DNA from: Candidatus Krumholzibacteriia bacterium
GTDB taxonomy: Bacteria; Krumholzibacteriota; Krumholzibacteriia; Krumholzibacteriales; Krumholzibacteriaceae
NCBI GenBank assembly: GCA_963836185.1
Contig: CAWIIQ010000001.1
Coordinates: 704,001-768,000, forward strand
Direction: 5' to 3'
DNA length: 64,000 nucleotides
In this document: positions 22,062 through 31,393 of the stretch, in pieces
How positions within the stretch are numbered: position 1 is the first letter of the stretch
How the letters are laid out: each line of letters opens with the position of its first letter
Translations under genes and position numbers: made by a program
Notes under the pieces: generated by a model
What the model was told of the DNA's origin: nothing
The model's database searches: none
What the model saw: the letters and a program-made list of their open reading frames with translations, nothing else

Positions 22062-23474
22062 ATGCTGACGACCAGGACCCGCGCCGCGGCCTTGATCGTC
22101 TTTGTCGTGGCTCTCGCCATCTTCTCTTCAGGCGCAATCGCCGGGAAGAAGGGAGAGCTGGACAAGGGGCTGATCGAGGATCTGCAGAAATCGTTCGACC
22201 CTGACGGCAGGGACCGCGCGATCATGAACGCCGTCTCGAACAACGATCTGCATGATCTCTCCCTGGACCGGGAGATCATCAACGGTCACGACGACATCTA
22301 TTCATTCAAGATCGACGCGAAGGGTATCACGAACCAGGAAAGCACGGGCCGCTGCTGGCTCTTCGCCGGTCTGAACATGATGCGTCCCGCCGTGATGAAG
22401 AAGTACAACATCACCGAGTTCGAGTTTTCCGAGAACCACCTCTTCTTCTGGGACAAGCTCGAGAAGGCGAATATGTTCCTCGAGACGATCATCGAGACGA
22501 GCGACCGCGATATTGACGACCGCGAGCTTCAGGCGATATTGAAGGACCCCGTTCCCGACGGCGGCTGGTGGAACTACGTAGTCGCGCTGATCGACAAGTA
22601 CGGCGCGGTTCCCAAATCGATAAGCACGGAGACGAAGCACAGCAGCGGTACCCGCAGGATCAACGGGATCCTCAACGGGATGGCTCGCCACGATGCCGCG
22701 AAACTCCGTGAGATGGCAGCCGGAGGCGCCCCTGTGGAGGATCTCCGCGAAGCGAAGAAGGATATGCTCGCCGACGTCTACCGGATCCTCGCGCTTCACT
22801 TCGGCGTTCCACCCGAGAAGTTCGTCTGGAGGGTGGAGAACAAGGACGATGAGTTGATCGAGCAGGAGTTCACCCCGAAATCGTTCTACAAGGACGCGGT
22901 TGGGATGGACCTTCGCGAATATGTCACAGTCATGGATCACCCAGCCTACGAGTACGGGAAATTCTACCGCCTCAACTTCTGCCGCAACTTCTTCGATGAA
23001 GAGGACATGGGATTCATCAACCTCGGCATCGAGGGTATGAAGGAACTCGCCGAGCGCGCCATTCTCGACGGGGATCCGATATGGTTCGCTGCCGACATCG
23101 GCAAAGAGAACTACGGCAAGGAAGGTATCCTCAAGGTCGGGATCTACGATTACGACGCCCTCTTCGGCCTCGGCCGCGAGCTGACCAAGGAGCAGATGGT
23201 CACCTACAGGCACTCGACGCCGAACCATGCGATGGTATTCGTCGGTATCGATCGTAAGGACGACAAGCCGGTCAAGTGGCTCGTCGAGAATTCGTGGGGC
23301 ACGAAGAACGGCGACAAGGGGTACTGGGCGATGTACGACGACTGGTTCACCCGGTACGTCTACACCGTCATCGTGCACAAGCGCCACGTGGCGAAGAAAA
23401 CGCTGAAGCTCCTCGACACCGAGCCCGAGAGGCTCCCCGCATGGGATCCTATGCGCTCGGCGTTCGATGAGTAG
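22062..23474 (+). CDS. pepC: C1B aminopeptidase C/bleomycin hydrolase with signal peptide
   Basis: ITNQESTGRCWLFA, FWDKLEKAN, PNHAMVFVG, VENSWG; AAAGGAG RBS. Confidence 0.9.
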   Translation: MLTTRTRAAALIVFVVALAIFSSGAIAGKKGELDKGLIEDLQKSFDPDGRDRAIMNAVSNNDLHDLSLDREIINGHDDIYSFKIDAKGITNQESTGRCWLFAGLNMMRPAVMKKYNITEFEFSENHLFFWDKLEKANMFLETIIETSDRDIDDRELQAILKDPVPDGGWWNYVVALIDKYGAVPKSISTETKHSSGTRRINGILNGMARHDAAKLREMAAGGAPVEDLREAKKDMLADVYRILALHFGVPPEKFVWRVENKDDELIEQEFTPKSFYKDAVGMDLREYVTVMDHPAYEYGKFYRLNFCRNFFDEEDMGFINLGIEGMKELAERAILDGDPIWFAADIGKENYGKEGILKVGIYDYDALFGLGRELTKEQMVTYRHSTPNHAMVFVGIDRKDDKPVKWLVENSWGTKNGDKGYWAMYDDWFTRYVYTVIVHKRHVAKKTLKLLDTEPERLPAWDPMRSAFDE

Positions 23475-23502
23475 AAATCGATAAGGATAAGATAATCAAA
23501 AT

Positions 23503-23539
23503 GGCCTTCCCGGGACCATGGCGGATTCCGGGAAGGCCG
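23503..23539. terminator. Hairpin between convergent genes
   Basis: GGCCTTCCCGG...CCGGGAAGGCC inverted repeat. Confidence 0.6.
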
Positions 23540-23543
23540 TCTT

Positions 23544-24044
23544 CTATTCGTCAGCCGTAAACTCCTGGAAGTGGCCTTCGACCCACTCTCCATCTTCCTT
23601 GCGTATGAGCGTGTCAGTAAGAGTTCCGGTCGCTCCGATGTTCAGCGTTGTCTTGAACTCGATTGTCCTGTCCTGCCAGTGACTTATGCCGAGCAGAATC
23701 ACGTTTCCGTCTTCAAGATTCGCGACGCCCTCTTCGACGATCCCGCGGTTGTTCAGGCTGATAAACAGCACCTCTCCCCGCTGCGGATGCCAGTAGAAAT
23801 GAGTCACAGCCTCGAAATTGGCCGCTTCCGCCTTGCGGGTATATCTGACTGCTTTCCCATCCAGGATCTGTTCGAATCGAAGCAGGATCTCTATATCGGG
23901 TGCGTTCTCGCCGACATAGCCGCCCGCCCAGTCCCTGTCCATCAGAGGTTGAAGGAAATGAAGGTTCTCGTCCAGTCCGGCGGCGATAGAAAGGGAAGGA
24001 ATCAATACGGACAGGGCAAGAGCGAAGAAAGTTATTCGTTTCAT
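23544..24044 (-). CDS. Secreted hypothetical protein, possibly a lipocalin-like beta-barrel
   Basis: Signal MKRITFFALALSVLIPSLSIA; beta-rich body with FLQPLM..W. Confidence 0.6.
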   Translation of the reverse strand: MKRITFFALALSVLIPSLSIAAGLDENLHFLQPLMDRDWAGGYVGENAPDIEILLRFEQILDGKAVRYTRKAEAANFEAVTHFYWHPQRGEVLFISLNNRGIVEEGVANLEDGNVILLGISHWQDRTIEFKTTLNIGATGTLTDTLIRKEDGEWVEGHFQEFTADE

Positions 24045-24084
24045 GGTCTCTGTCAAAGGAATCCTCCTGGTCTTTTACGTCAAA

Positions 24085-24639
24085 TCAGACGATATAGCCG
24101 ATGCGGTCGGCCATCCTGTCATTCATCTCGGCCTTCTTCGTATCGTTGACGTTCTGCCGCCGCGTGTATTCTTCTCCGAAGCTGGGTACCTTGGACATTT
24201 CGCTCTTCTTCTGTTCGATCCATTCGTCGGTAGCGCCCAGCGCCTCTGCTGGGTTACCGCACGCGACCACGTTGTCGGGGATGTCCCTGGAGACGACGCT
24301 TCCCGCGCCGATGACAACGTCATTGCCGATGCGAACGCCTGGCAGTACGACAGCAGCGGCGCCGATGAAGACGCGATCACCTATGTCGACTTTTCCTATC
24401 CTCGTGTAGCCCAGGTGCGTCTTGGTGCTCGCGTCGTGAGCGAGTATATACGCGTTGGGCGCTATCGTGACATCGTCTCCTATCGAGACGAGCCAGCAGA
24501 GGTTCTCGTCGATCTTCGCGCCGGGCTGCATCTGTAAGTTCCGGCCGGTGCGCAGTCCCCGTTTCCTCAATTCGTCGAGAGGATCAGGGCGAAACCAGCG
24601 ACGGTAGATATTTCGCATCACACCATGAAGTCCGTTCAT
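24085..24639 (-). CDS. Hexapeptide-repeat (LbetaH) acyltransferase
   Basis: IGDDVTIAPNAYILAHD, IGDRVFIGAAAVVLPGVRIG, GAGSVV, GNPA; GGAGG RBS before ATG 24639. Confidence 0.85.
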   Translation of the reverse strand: MNGLHGVMRNIYRRWFRPDPLDELRKRGLRTGRNLQMQPGAKIDENLCWLVSIGDDVTIAPNAYILAHDASTKTHLGYTRIGKVDIGDRVFIGAAAVVLPGVRIGNDVVIGAGSVVSRDIPDNVVACGNPAEALGATDEWIEQKKSEMSKVPSFGEEYTRRQNVNDTKKAEMNDRMADRIGYIV

Positions 24640-24833
24640 TCGGGTCCTCCCTGCTATCAGTAGATCAATGGCATATATCCGGGATAGTAACACGTTCAGA
24701 GTGTCTCATGTCCATTACGAAGCGGATCTCATAATATCCGGGAAATATTCCTTCCGCTGGTGTATTGTAAGTATGACGGGCTTGCGGCCGTCACCTTTTC
24801 TGTCAGAAAGTGATATCGACGGGAGGTCGGTGA

Positions 24834-25655
24834 ATGAATATGCAGATGATGATATGGATAACAGCGATCGGTTTACTCTCAGCCCTGCCTGCCGCAGGGG
24901 CGGAGGTGGAGAGCATGATCAGGCTCGATGACCTTTCAATAAGCATAATCTACGACAACACCGAGCCGGAAGAGGGGTTCGAGGCTGAGTGGGGATTCTC
25001 ATGTGTCATCGCGGGATGCGACAAGACCATCCTCTTTGATACGGGGGGGAAGGGTGATGTCTTTCTGAAAAACCTCGCCGCCGCCGGCATCTCTCCATCC
25101 GAAATAGATATCGTCGTGATATCGCACAAGCACTGGGACCACATCGGCGGCCTCAGCGCCTTCCTAGCGGAGAATCCTGAAGTGACGGTATATGTCCCCT
25201 CGTCGTTCGACAAGGATCTAAAGGAGAGCATTACCGATGAATGTCCAGCCCTCGTAGAGGTGAGCGATCCGTTGGAGATCATACCGGGAGTCTATTCCAC
25301 TGGTGATATGACAGGCATGGTAAGGGAGCAGTCACTCGCGATCGCAACGGATGGCGGCGTGGTGGTCATAACAGGCTGTGCCCATCCGGGCATTGCCGGC
25401 ATCGTCGACAAGGGTTCCGAAACGGCCGGGCATGAGGTCCTCTGCGTAATGGGCGGGTTTCATCTTGGAGGAGCGAAGAAGGAGCAGCTAGAGGCGATAG
25501 CCTCGAGTTTCGATAAGAACGGTGTAAGGTACTGCGGAGCCTCGCACTGCACGGGCGACGACAGCATAGACTATTTTAAGCATCGTTACGGCGATCGTTA
25601 CGTGAGGCTGGGAGCCGGTAGAATCGTCAAAGGATCGGAATTTTCCCGCGATTGA
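24834..25655 (+). CDS. MBL-fold metallo-hydrolase with predicted signal peptide
   Basis: EWGFS, LFDTG, SHKHWDHIGGL, TGCAHPG, GGFHL, SHCTG. Confidence 0.85.
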   Translation: MNMQMMIWITAIGLLSALPAAGAEVESMIRLDDLSISIIYDNTEPEEGFEAEWGFSCVIAGCDKTILFDTGGKGDVFLKNLAAAGISPSEIDIVVISHKHWDHIGGLSAFLAENPEVTVYVPSSFDKDLKESITDECPALVEVSDPLEIIPGVYSTGDMTGMVREQSLAIATDGGVVVITGCAHPGIAGIVDKGSETAGHEVLCVMGGFHLGGAKKEQLEAIASSFDKNGVRYCGASHCTGDDSIDYFKHRYGDRYVRLGAGRIVKGSEFSRD

Positions 25656-26196
25656 CTATCCATATCAGCAGTGCGCCGCTTACGGCTCCGAGTATGACTC
25701 CTCCGACAGCGATCCCGGCTTCGCCCAGAACGATGTTTCCGAGCCAGGCCAGGCTCCAGGAAACCGTGCTGGCGAGGATCCACCACTCTGTCCTGTGAGT
25801 ATGGGGTCTAAGCGCTCGCTTCTGGAGCAGTCCCGCCAATGCTCCCCCGGCCGCGCCGACTATAACGAATCCCGCTTCTATAGTCTCAACCTCGGCGAAC
25901 CATACCTCATCGATAACAACTGCTACGATGAACGGCACACCTAGACCGATAGCGGCGCCCCACACCCATCTCCACGTCAGGGGCATCACCTTGCGTACAG
26001 CGATCATCTGGGCCAGACCTACACCGGCACCCAGGACGAGACCTACTATCAGATTTGTTGTCTTATCATAGAAGAGGTTTACGACCGCGTATGAGAGAAC
26101 GATCGCGAGGATTATTCCGATTACCCATCCGATTACCGAAGCGATAAGCCAGCGGGCCCAGAATCTCCAGCCGAAATTCCACGCCTGAGAAACCAT
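25627..26196 (-). CDS. Gly/Trp-rich multi-pass membrane protein of unknown function
   Basis: AAAGGAGG RBS; ~6 TM with W.RW..AS..GW and GLAQ/GLLQ repeats. Confidence 0.7.
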   Translation of the reverse strand: MVSQAWNFGWRFWARWLIASVIGWVIGIILAIVLSYAVVNLFYDKTTNLIVGLVLGAGVGLAQMIAVRKVMPLTWRWVWGAAIGLGVPFIVAVVIDEVWFAEVETIEAGFVIVGAAGGALAGLLQKRALRPHTHRTEWWILASTVSWSLAWLGNIVLGEAGIAVGGVILGAVSGALLIWIVNRGKIPIL

Positions 26197-26492
26197 CTTG
26201 ACCTCCTTTATCCGGAAGCGGTTTTCCGATCTATATTGTGATTTACACCTTTTGAGCCCCCAGGTGAACATATCGTAATAGCTGTATGAGGTGATGTCAA
26301 ACAGGGAACACGGAAGAATAGGCGGGAAAAATTCTATCCGGTGTAGTATTGTGAAACGGAAGGCCTTGCGGCTGACCAACTTATTCGATATTGCTGTAGG
26401 CAGGAGGCAGGACGATCAGATCTGCATTCACGGGGTCGATCCTGATTTTAATAATACTGGCCGCGAACGGGGTTGCCGGAGCGGAGGAGCGG

Positions 26493-28549
26493 ATGAACGA
26501 TAGCGCAAATAAAAACAGGCTGGCGAGCGAGAAGAGTCCCTACCTGCTCCAGCACGCCGATAATCCGGTCGACTGGTACCCGTGGGGGGAAGAGGCCTTC
26601 GCCGCGGCGAGGGAGCAGGACAAGCCGATATTCCTCTCGATCGGATATTCCTCGTGCCACTGGTGTCACGTGATGGAGCATGAGTCTTTCGAGGACGAGG
26701 CGGTGGCACGCCTGCTCAACGAGCATTTCATCTCGGTCAAGGTCGACCGCGAGGAACGCCCCGACATCGACAACATATACATGAAGGTCTGCCAGGCGAT
26801 GACTGGCTCGGGCGGATGGCCGCTCACCGTCTTTATGACCCCCGGCGGGAAGCCTTTCTTCGCCGGTACATATTTCCCGAAGCAGTCGAAGTACGGACGG
26901 CCCGGGATGCTCGAACTCGTTCCCCACATGGCATCGCTCTGGAAGAACGATCGCGAGAGACTCGATCAGATAAGCGAACATGCCACAGTTGCGCTGGAGA
27001 GCTTCGCCTTCACCGGCGACGACAGGAAACTCTCAGACAAGTTGCTCGCTACCGCGTACTCGAGGCTGGAAGCCTCATATGACGAGGTCCACGGCGGTTT
27101 CGGTGGAGCGCCCAAGTTTCCGACGCCTCACCAGCTTTCCATGCTTCTGAGGTACTGGGACAGGTCCGGGGACGCGCGCGCTCTCGAGATCGTCGGGACG
27201 ACCCTGAGAAAGATGTACGGAGGCGGGATCTACGATCATCTCGGCAGGGGGTTCCACCGGTATTCCACCGACCAGATGTGGCTCGTGCCGCACTTCGAGA
27301 AGATGCTCTACGACCAGGCGATGCTGGCAATAGCGTATCTCGAGACGCACCAGGCTACGGGGAACACGTTCTACGGCGCTGTGGCGGAGGAGATCTTCGA
27401 CTATGTCGTCCGCGATCTCACTTCTCCCGAAGGCGGGTTCTACTCGGCCGAGGACGCCGACAGTGAGGGAGAAGAGGGGACCTTCTACGTCTGGACGAAG
27501 GATGAGATCACAGAGGCGCTCGGCGAAAAGGACAGCAGGATCTTCTGCGAGCGGTTCGGGGTGACAGGCCATGGCAACTTCGAGGGGAAGAACGTCCTGC
27601 ATATATCAAGCGATACAGGCGCCGGCGAAGGTTCGCTGGAGACCATGAAGGAGAAGCTCCTCACGATACGTTCGAAGCGGCCGAGACCGATGCTGGACGA
27701 CAAGATCCTCACTGACTGGAACGGCCTGATGATCGCCGCACTGGCGAAAGGAGCGAGGGTCACGGGCAATCCCGGATACGCCTCCGCGGCGGCAAAGGCT
27801 GCAGGCTTCATTCTCAGCGGGATGAGGACCTCCGAGGGCAGGCTGCTCCACCGCTATCGCGATGGAGAATCGGCCATACCGGGTTATCTCGATGACTATG
27901 CCTTTCTCACATGGGGGCTTGTCGAGCTGTACGAGGCGACATTCGAGGCGAGATGGCTTTCCGAAGCGCTGAAACTGGCGGACGAGATGACGGGGCTTTT
28001 CGGTGACAGCGACAAAGAGAAAGGCGGATTCTACTTTACGGGGAGCGATGCCGAGAAACTCATCGTCAGGACGAAGGAGATATACGACGGCGCCGTCCCT
28101 TCCGGAAACTCGGTCGCCGCGCTCGTACTGCTCAGGCTCGGCAGGATGACCGGGAGAACGGACCTCGAATCCGCGGCGGATGCATTGATGAAGGAGTTCT
28201 CGGGGCAGCTCGCCGGGTCCCCGACCGCGTACACGCAGATGCTCATCGCCCTCGACTTCGCCCTGGGCCCTGGCGCGGAGTACGTGATCGCGGGCGAGAG
28301 GAGTGACGATGATACTGAGTCGATGATCAGGCTTCTGGCTGAACGCTTCATGCCCGGGTCGGTTACTATGCACAGGCCTTCGGAGAGTCGGCGGCGATCA
28401 TAGATATCGCCCCGATGCTGGGGGGGATGACCGCCGTGGATGGAAAGACGACAGCATATATATGTGAGAACTTTCAGTGCGCCGCGCCGGCCGTTGGCAT
28501 CGACGAGCTTCGAAAGCGGCTATCAGAGATGGAGAAGAAGGATGACTGA
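26493..28549 (+). CDS. yyaL: YyaL/SSP411-like thioredoxin-domain protein (DUF255), frameshift near 28385
   Basis: [46 protein letters not shown]; C-terminal AYICENFQC in a shifted frame. Confidence 0.88.
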
Positions 28550-28898
28550 GAAAGCATGCCCGTTCTGCGGTCCGGAGAATATCCTGTTCGAGAACGAGCT
28601 GGCCGTTGCCATTCCCGACAAGTATCCTGTCCGTCCTGGACACACACTGGTGATCCCGAAGAGACATGTATCGTCATTCTTCGACCTTACGGACGAGGAA
28701 GTCGTGGCATGCTTCGATCTGATAAAGAAGGCGAAGATCAGTATTGACGAGAAATACTCTTCCGATGGATACAAGATAGGGATTAACATCGGCAGGTCCT
28801 CGGGCCAGACGGTTATGCACGCTCATATACACGTCGTTCCGACAGGCGGGGAGAAGATCAGCGGCAGGAGCGAGGTCTTTACGAGGAAAGATTTTTAA
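28542..28898 (+). CDS. HIT family nucleotide hydrolase
   Basis: [30 protein letters not shown]. Confidence 0.9.
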   Translation: MTEKACPFCGPENILFENELAVAIPDKYPVRPGHTLVIPKRHVSSFFDLTDEEVVACFDLIKKAKISIDEKYSSDGYKIGINIGRSSGQTVMHAHIHVVPTGGEKISGRSEVFTRKDF

Positions 28899-28911
28899 AG
28901 GAGGATCAGCG

Positions 28912-29376
28912 ATGCTGGAAGTCGGGAATAAAGCGCCGGCCTTCGATCTGCCGGACCAGGATGGAAAAAAGCACAAGCTCTCCGATTACGCAGGCAAATG
29001 GGTGCTCGTCTATTTTTATCCCAAGGACAACACATCGGGGTGTACAAAAGAGGCCTGCGCGATACGCGATGACTGGGCCGACTTCAGGAATCTGGGCGCG
29101 GTAGTACTCGGCGTGAGCAAGGATTCGGTGAAAAGCCATCGTAACTTCGCCGACAAGCACTCGCTGCCTTTCACCCTGCTCTCCGACGAGAGCACGAAGA
29201 TGATAGAGAAGTACGGGGCCTGGCGGAAAAAGAAGATGGCAGGACGAGAGTATATGGGGATCGTGAGGATCTCGTACCTCGTCGATCCGAAGGGAAAGGT
29301 CGCGAAGGTATATGCCAAGGTCAAGCCGCCCGAGCATTCGGCGGAGGTGCTGGCCGACCTCAGGGAACTGATGTAG
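28912..29376 (+). CDS. bcp: Peroxiredoxin BCP
   Basis: [21 protein letters not shown]. Confidence 0.92.
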   Translation: MLEVGNKAPAFDLPDQDGKKHKLSDYAGKWVLVYFYPKDNTSGCTKEACAIRDDWADFRNLGAVVLGVSKDSVKSHRNFADKHSLPFTLLSDESTKMIEKYGAWRKKKMAGREYMGIVRISYLVDPKGKVAKVYAKVKPPEHSAEVLADLRELM

Positions 29377-29383
29377 CAGAGAT

Positions 29384-30496
29384 ATGAATATCCTTATCGT
29401 CGAACCGTTCCTGACAGGATCTCATAAGGCCTGGGCCGAAGAATACGCCGGACACTCCTCGCACGAGGTCGACATCCTCGGGCTGGAGGGGCGTTACTGG
29501 AAATGGAGGATGCACGGCGGCGCCGTGACCCTGGCGAAGTACTTCATAGAATATGATCTCGCGCCAGACCTGATCCTTGCCACCGACATGCTCGACCTGA
29601 CGACCTTTCTTGCCCTGACGAGGGACAGGACATCGGGGACCCCGGTCGCTATATACTTCCACGAGAATCAGCTCTCCTATCCTTGGTCGAAGGACGATCC
29701 CGATCCAGGCCTCGAGCGCGACGTCCATTATGGATTCATCAACTACACCTCAGCTCTTGCAGCTGGCTCGGTCCTGTTTAACTCGGCATTTCACATGACA
29801 TCGTTTCTTTCCGAACTGCCCGGACTGCTCGGTGCATTTCCTGATTACAACGAGCCTGAGACCGTGGGTGTGATCCTGAATAAGAGCACGATCCTCCCGC
29901 TCGGAGTGGATCTGGCGGCGCTTGATCAGCACAGATCTGGACGCGATCCGGATTCTCCGCCGCTGATCCTCTGGAACCATCGCTGGGAGTACGACAAGAA
30001 TGCTGACGATTTCTTCGCGGCGTTGTTCGCTCTCGCTGCTGAGGGTCTTGAATTCGAGGTCGCCGTTCTCGGCGAATCGTTCTCGAAGTATCCGCCTGTG
30101 TTCGATGAAGCGAAGCAGCGGCTCGGCAGGAGAATAATCCATTTCGGATATGTGGAGGAGTTTGCGGAATACGCCCGCTGGCTCTGGCGGGCCGATATCC
30201 TGCCCGTCACCTCGAACCACGACTTCTTCGGAGCGAGCGCCGTGCAGGCGATCCACTGCGGATGCGTACCACTGCTCCCCGACCGTCTCGCCTTTCCGGA
30301 ACATCTGCCCGAGGATCTTCGAGACAGGTATCTCTACAGCGGCAGGGATAGCCTGATCGCGTGCCTTCGCCGCTGCATCGAAGGGCATCCGGAACCTGAC
30401 GATCCTGCTCTCAGGGCATTTGTCGGGAAATATGACTGGAAGAAGATGGCGAAGATATACGACGAGAAATTCGACAGGCTGTCCACGGCTGACTGA
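29384..30496 (+). CDS. DUF3524/GTDC1-like GT-B glycosyltransferase
   Basis: EPFLTGSH, WKWRMHGGA, YFHENQLSYP, WNHRWEYDKN, HDFFG, RLAFPE. Confidence 0.85.
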   Translation: MNILIVEPFLTGSHKAWAEEYAGHSSHEVDILGLEGRYWKWRMHGGAVTLAKYFIEYDLAPDLILATDMLDLTTFLALTRDRTSGTPVAIYFHENQLSYPWSKDDPDPGLERDVHYGFINYTSALAAGSVLFNSAFHMTSFLSELPGLLGAFPDYNEPETVGVILNKSTILPLGVDLAALDQHRSGRDPDSPPLILWNHRWEYDKNADDFFAALFALAAEGLEFEVAVLGESFSKYPPVFDEAKQRLGRRIIHFGYVEEFAEYARWLWRADILPVTSNHDFFGASAVQAIHCGCVPLLPDRLAFPEHLPEDLRDRYLYSGRDSLIACLRRCIEGHPEPDDPALRAFVGKYDWKKMAKIYDEKFDRLSTAD

Positions 30497-30613
30497 ATGA
30501 GGAAATCGTTTTGAGAAGTGTCGCAGGGTCGGCCGATAACCCTTCCTGTTTGTAAGTTTTAAAATCATTGCGCAGAATCGCTCCTGAATGTATTTTTCTC
30601 CAGGGGGTGACTT

Positions 30614-31393
30614 GTGGTAAGGAGACTGATTCTCGCAATCGTAGTTTTCTTTTTACTGCCGGGCCCCGCATTCTCCGCGTCTCTGTTTCTATCCCCTGTA
30701 ACACAGACGATCGATGAGCCATGCGTGGTCCATGTCAGTGCCGATCTTCTCCTGTCCGTATCGGGAATCGATCTCGAGATAGGATGGGACGGGGACATTG
30801 TCGAATGCACATCGGTACGCACCGCGGCCGGCTCTCCAGTATTCCAGCTCTTCAGGCTCAGGATCGACAATGCGACAGGCCGTCTCGATGCGATGCTCTT
30901 ACGCCTGTCAAAAGAAGGCTTCACCGGATCGGTCGATTCACTTCTCGTGCTTACCTTCGAACCTGTATCGGATGGGACTTCCCAGCTGAATATCTCAGAG
31001 ACCCTGCTGAACGGAGATCCGGTAGTCGTCGATGAGCTGAACAACAGTATCGATATCGAAACATCTCAGGCAGAGATCGTCGTTGACATGGATGGTCCGG
31101 CGCCCCCGATCACGGCCGTACGGCTCCAGCAGAACTACCCCAATCCCTTCAATCCGGAGACTATGGTCAGGTTTGAACTTCCGTCATCCTCGACTGTTTA
31201 CATCCGGATATTCGATGCGGGCGGCAAACTCATCCGCACACTCATTAATGGCGTTGAATATTCCGCGGGAAGCTGGGAGGAAGAGTGGGACGGAAGGAAC
31301 AAGGCCGGTGATCTCGTTCAGAGCGGTATCTACTTCTGTGTGCTGGACGCGGCCGGCAAGACCGACAGCAGGAAGATGGTGGTGCTGCGATGA
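30614..31393 (+). CDS. Secreted single-cohesin protein with FlgD-Ig/T9SS-like CTD
   Basis: Signal peptide; cohesin-like VSGIDLEIGWDGDIVE...GSVDSLLVLTFEPVSDGTSQLNI; LQQNYPNPFNP...SRKMVVLR. Confidence 0.72.
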   Translation: MVRRLILAIVVFFLLPGPAFSASLFLSPVTQTIDEPCVVHVSADLLLSVSGIDLEIGWDGDIVECTSVRTAAGSPVFQLFRLRIDNATGRLDAMLLRLSKEGFTGSVDSLLVLTFEPVSDGTSQLNISETLLNGDPVVVDELNNSIDIETSQAEIVVDMDGPAPPITAVRLQQNYPNPFNPETMVRFELPSSSTVYIRIFDAGGKLIRTLINGVEYSAGSWEEEWDGRNKAGDLVQSGIYFCVLDAAGKTDSRKMVVLR

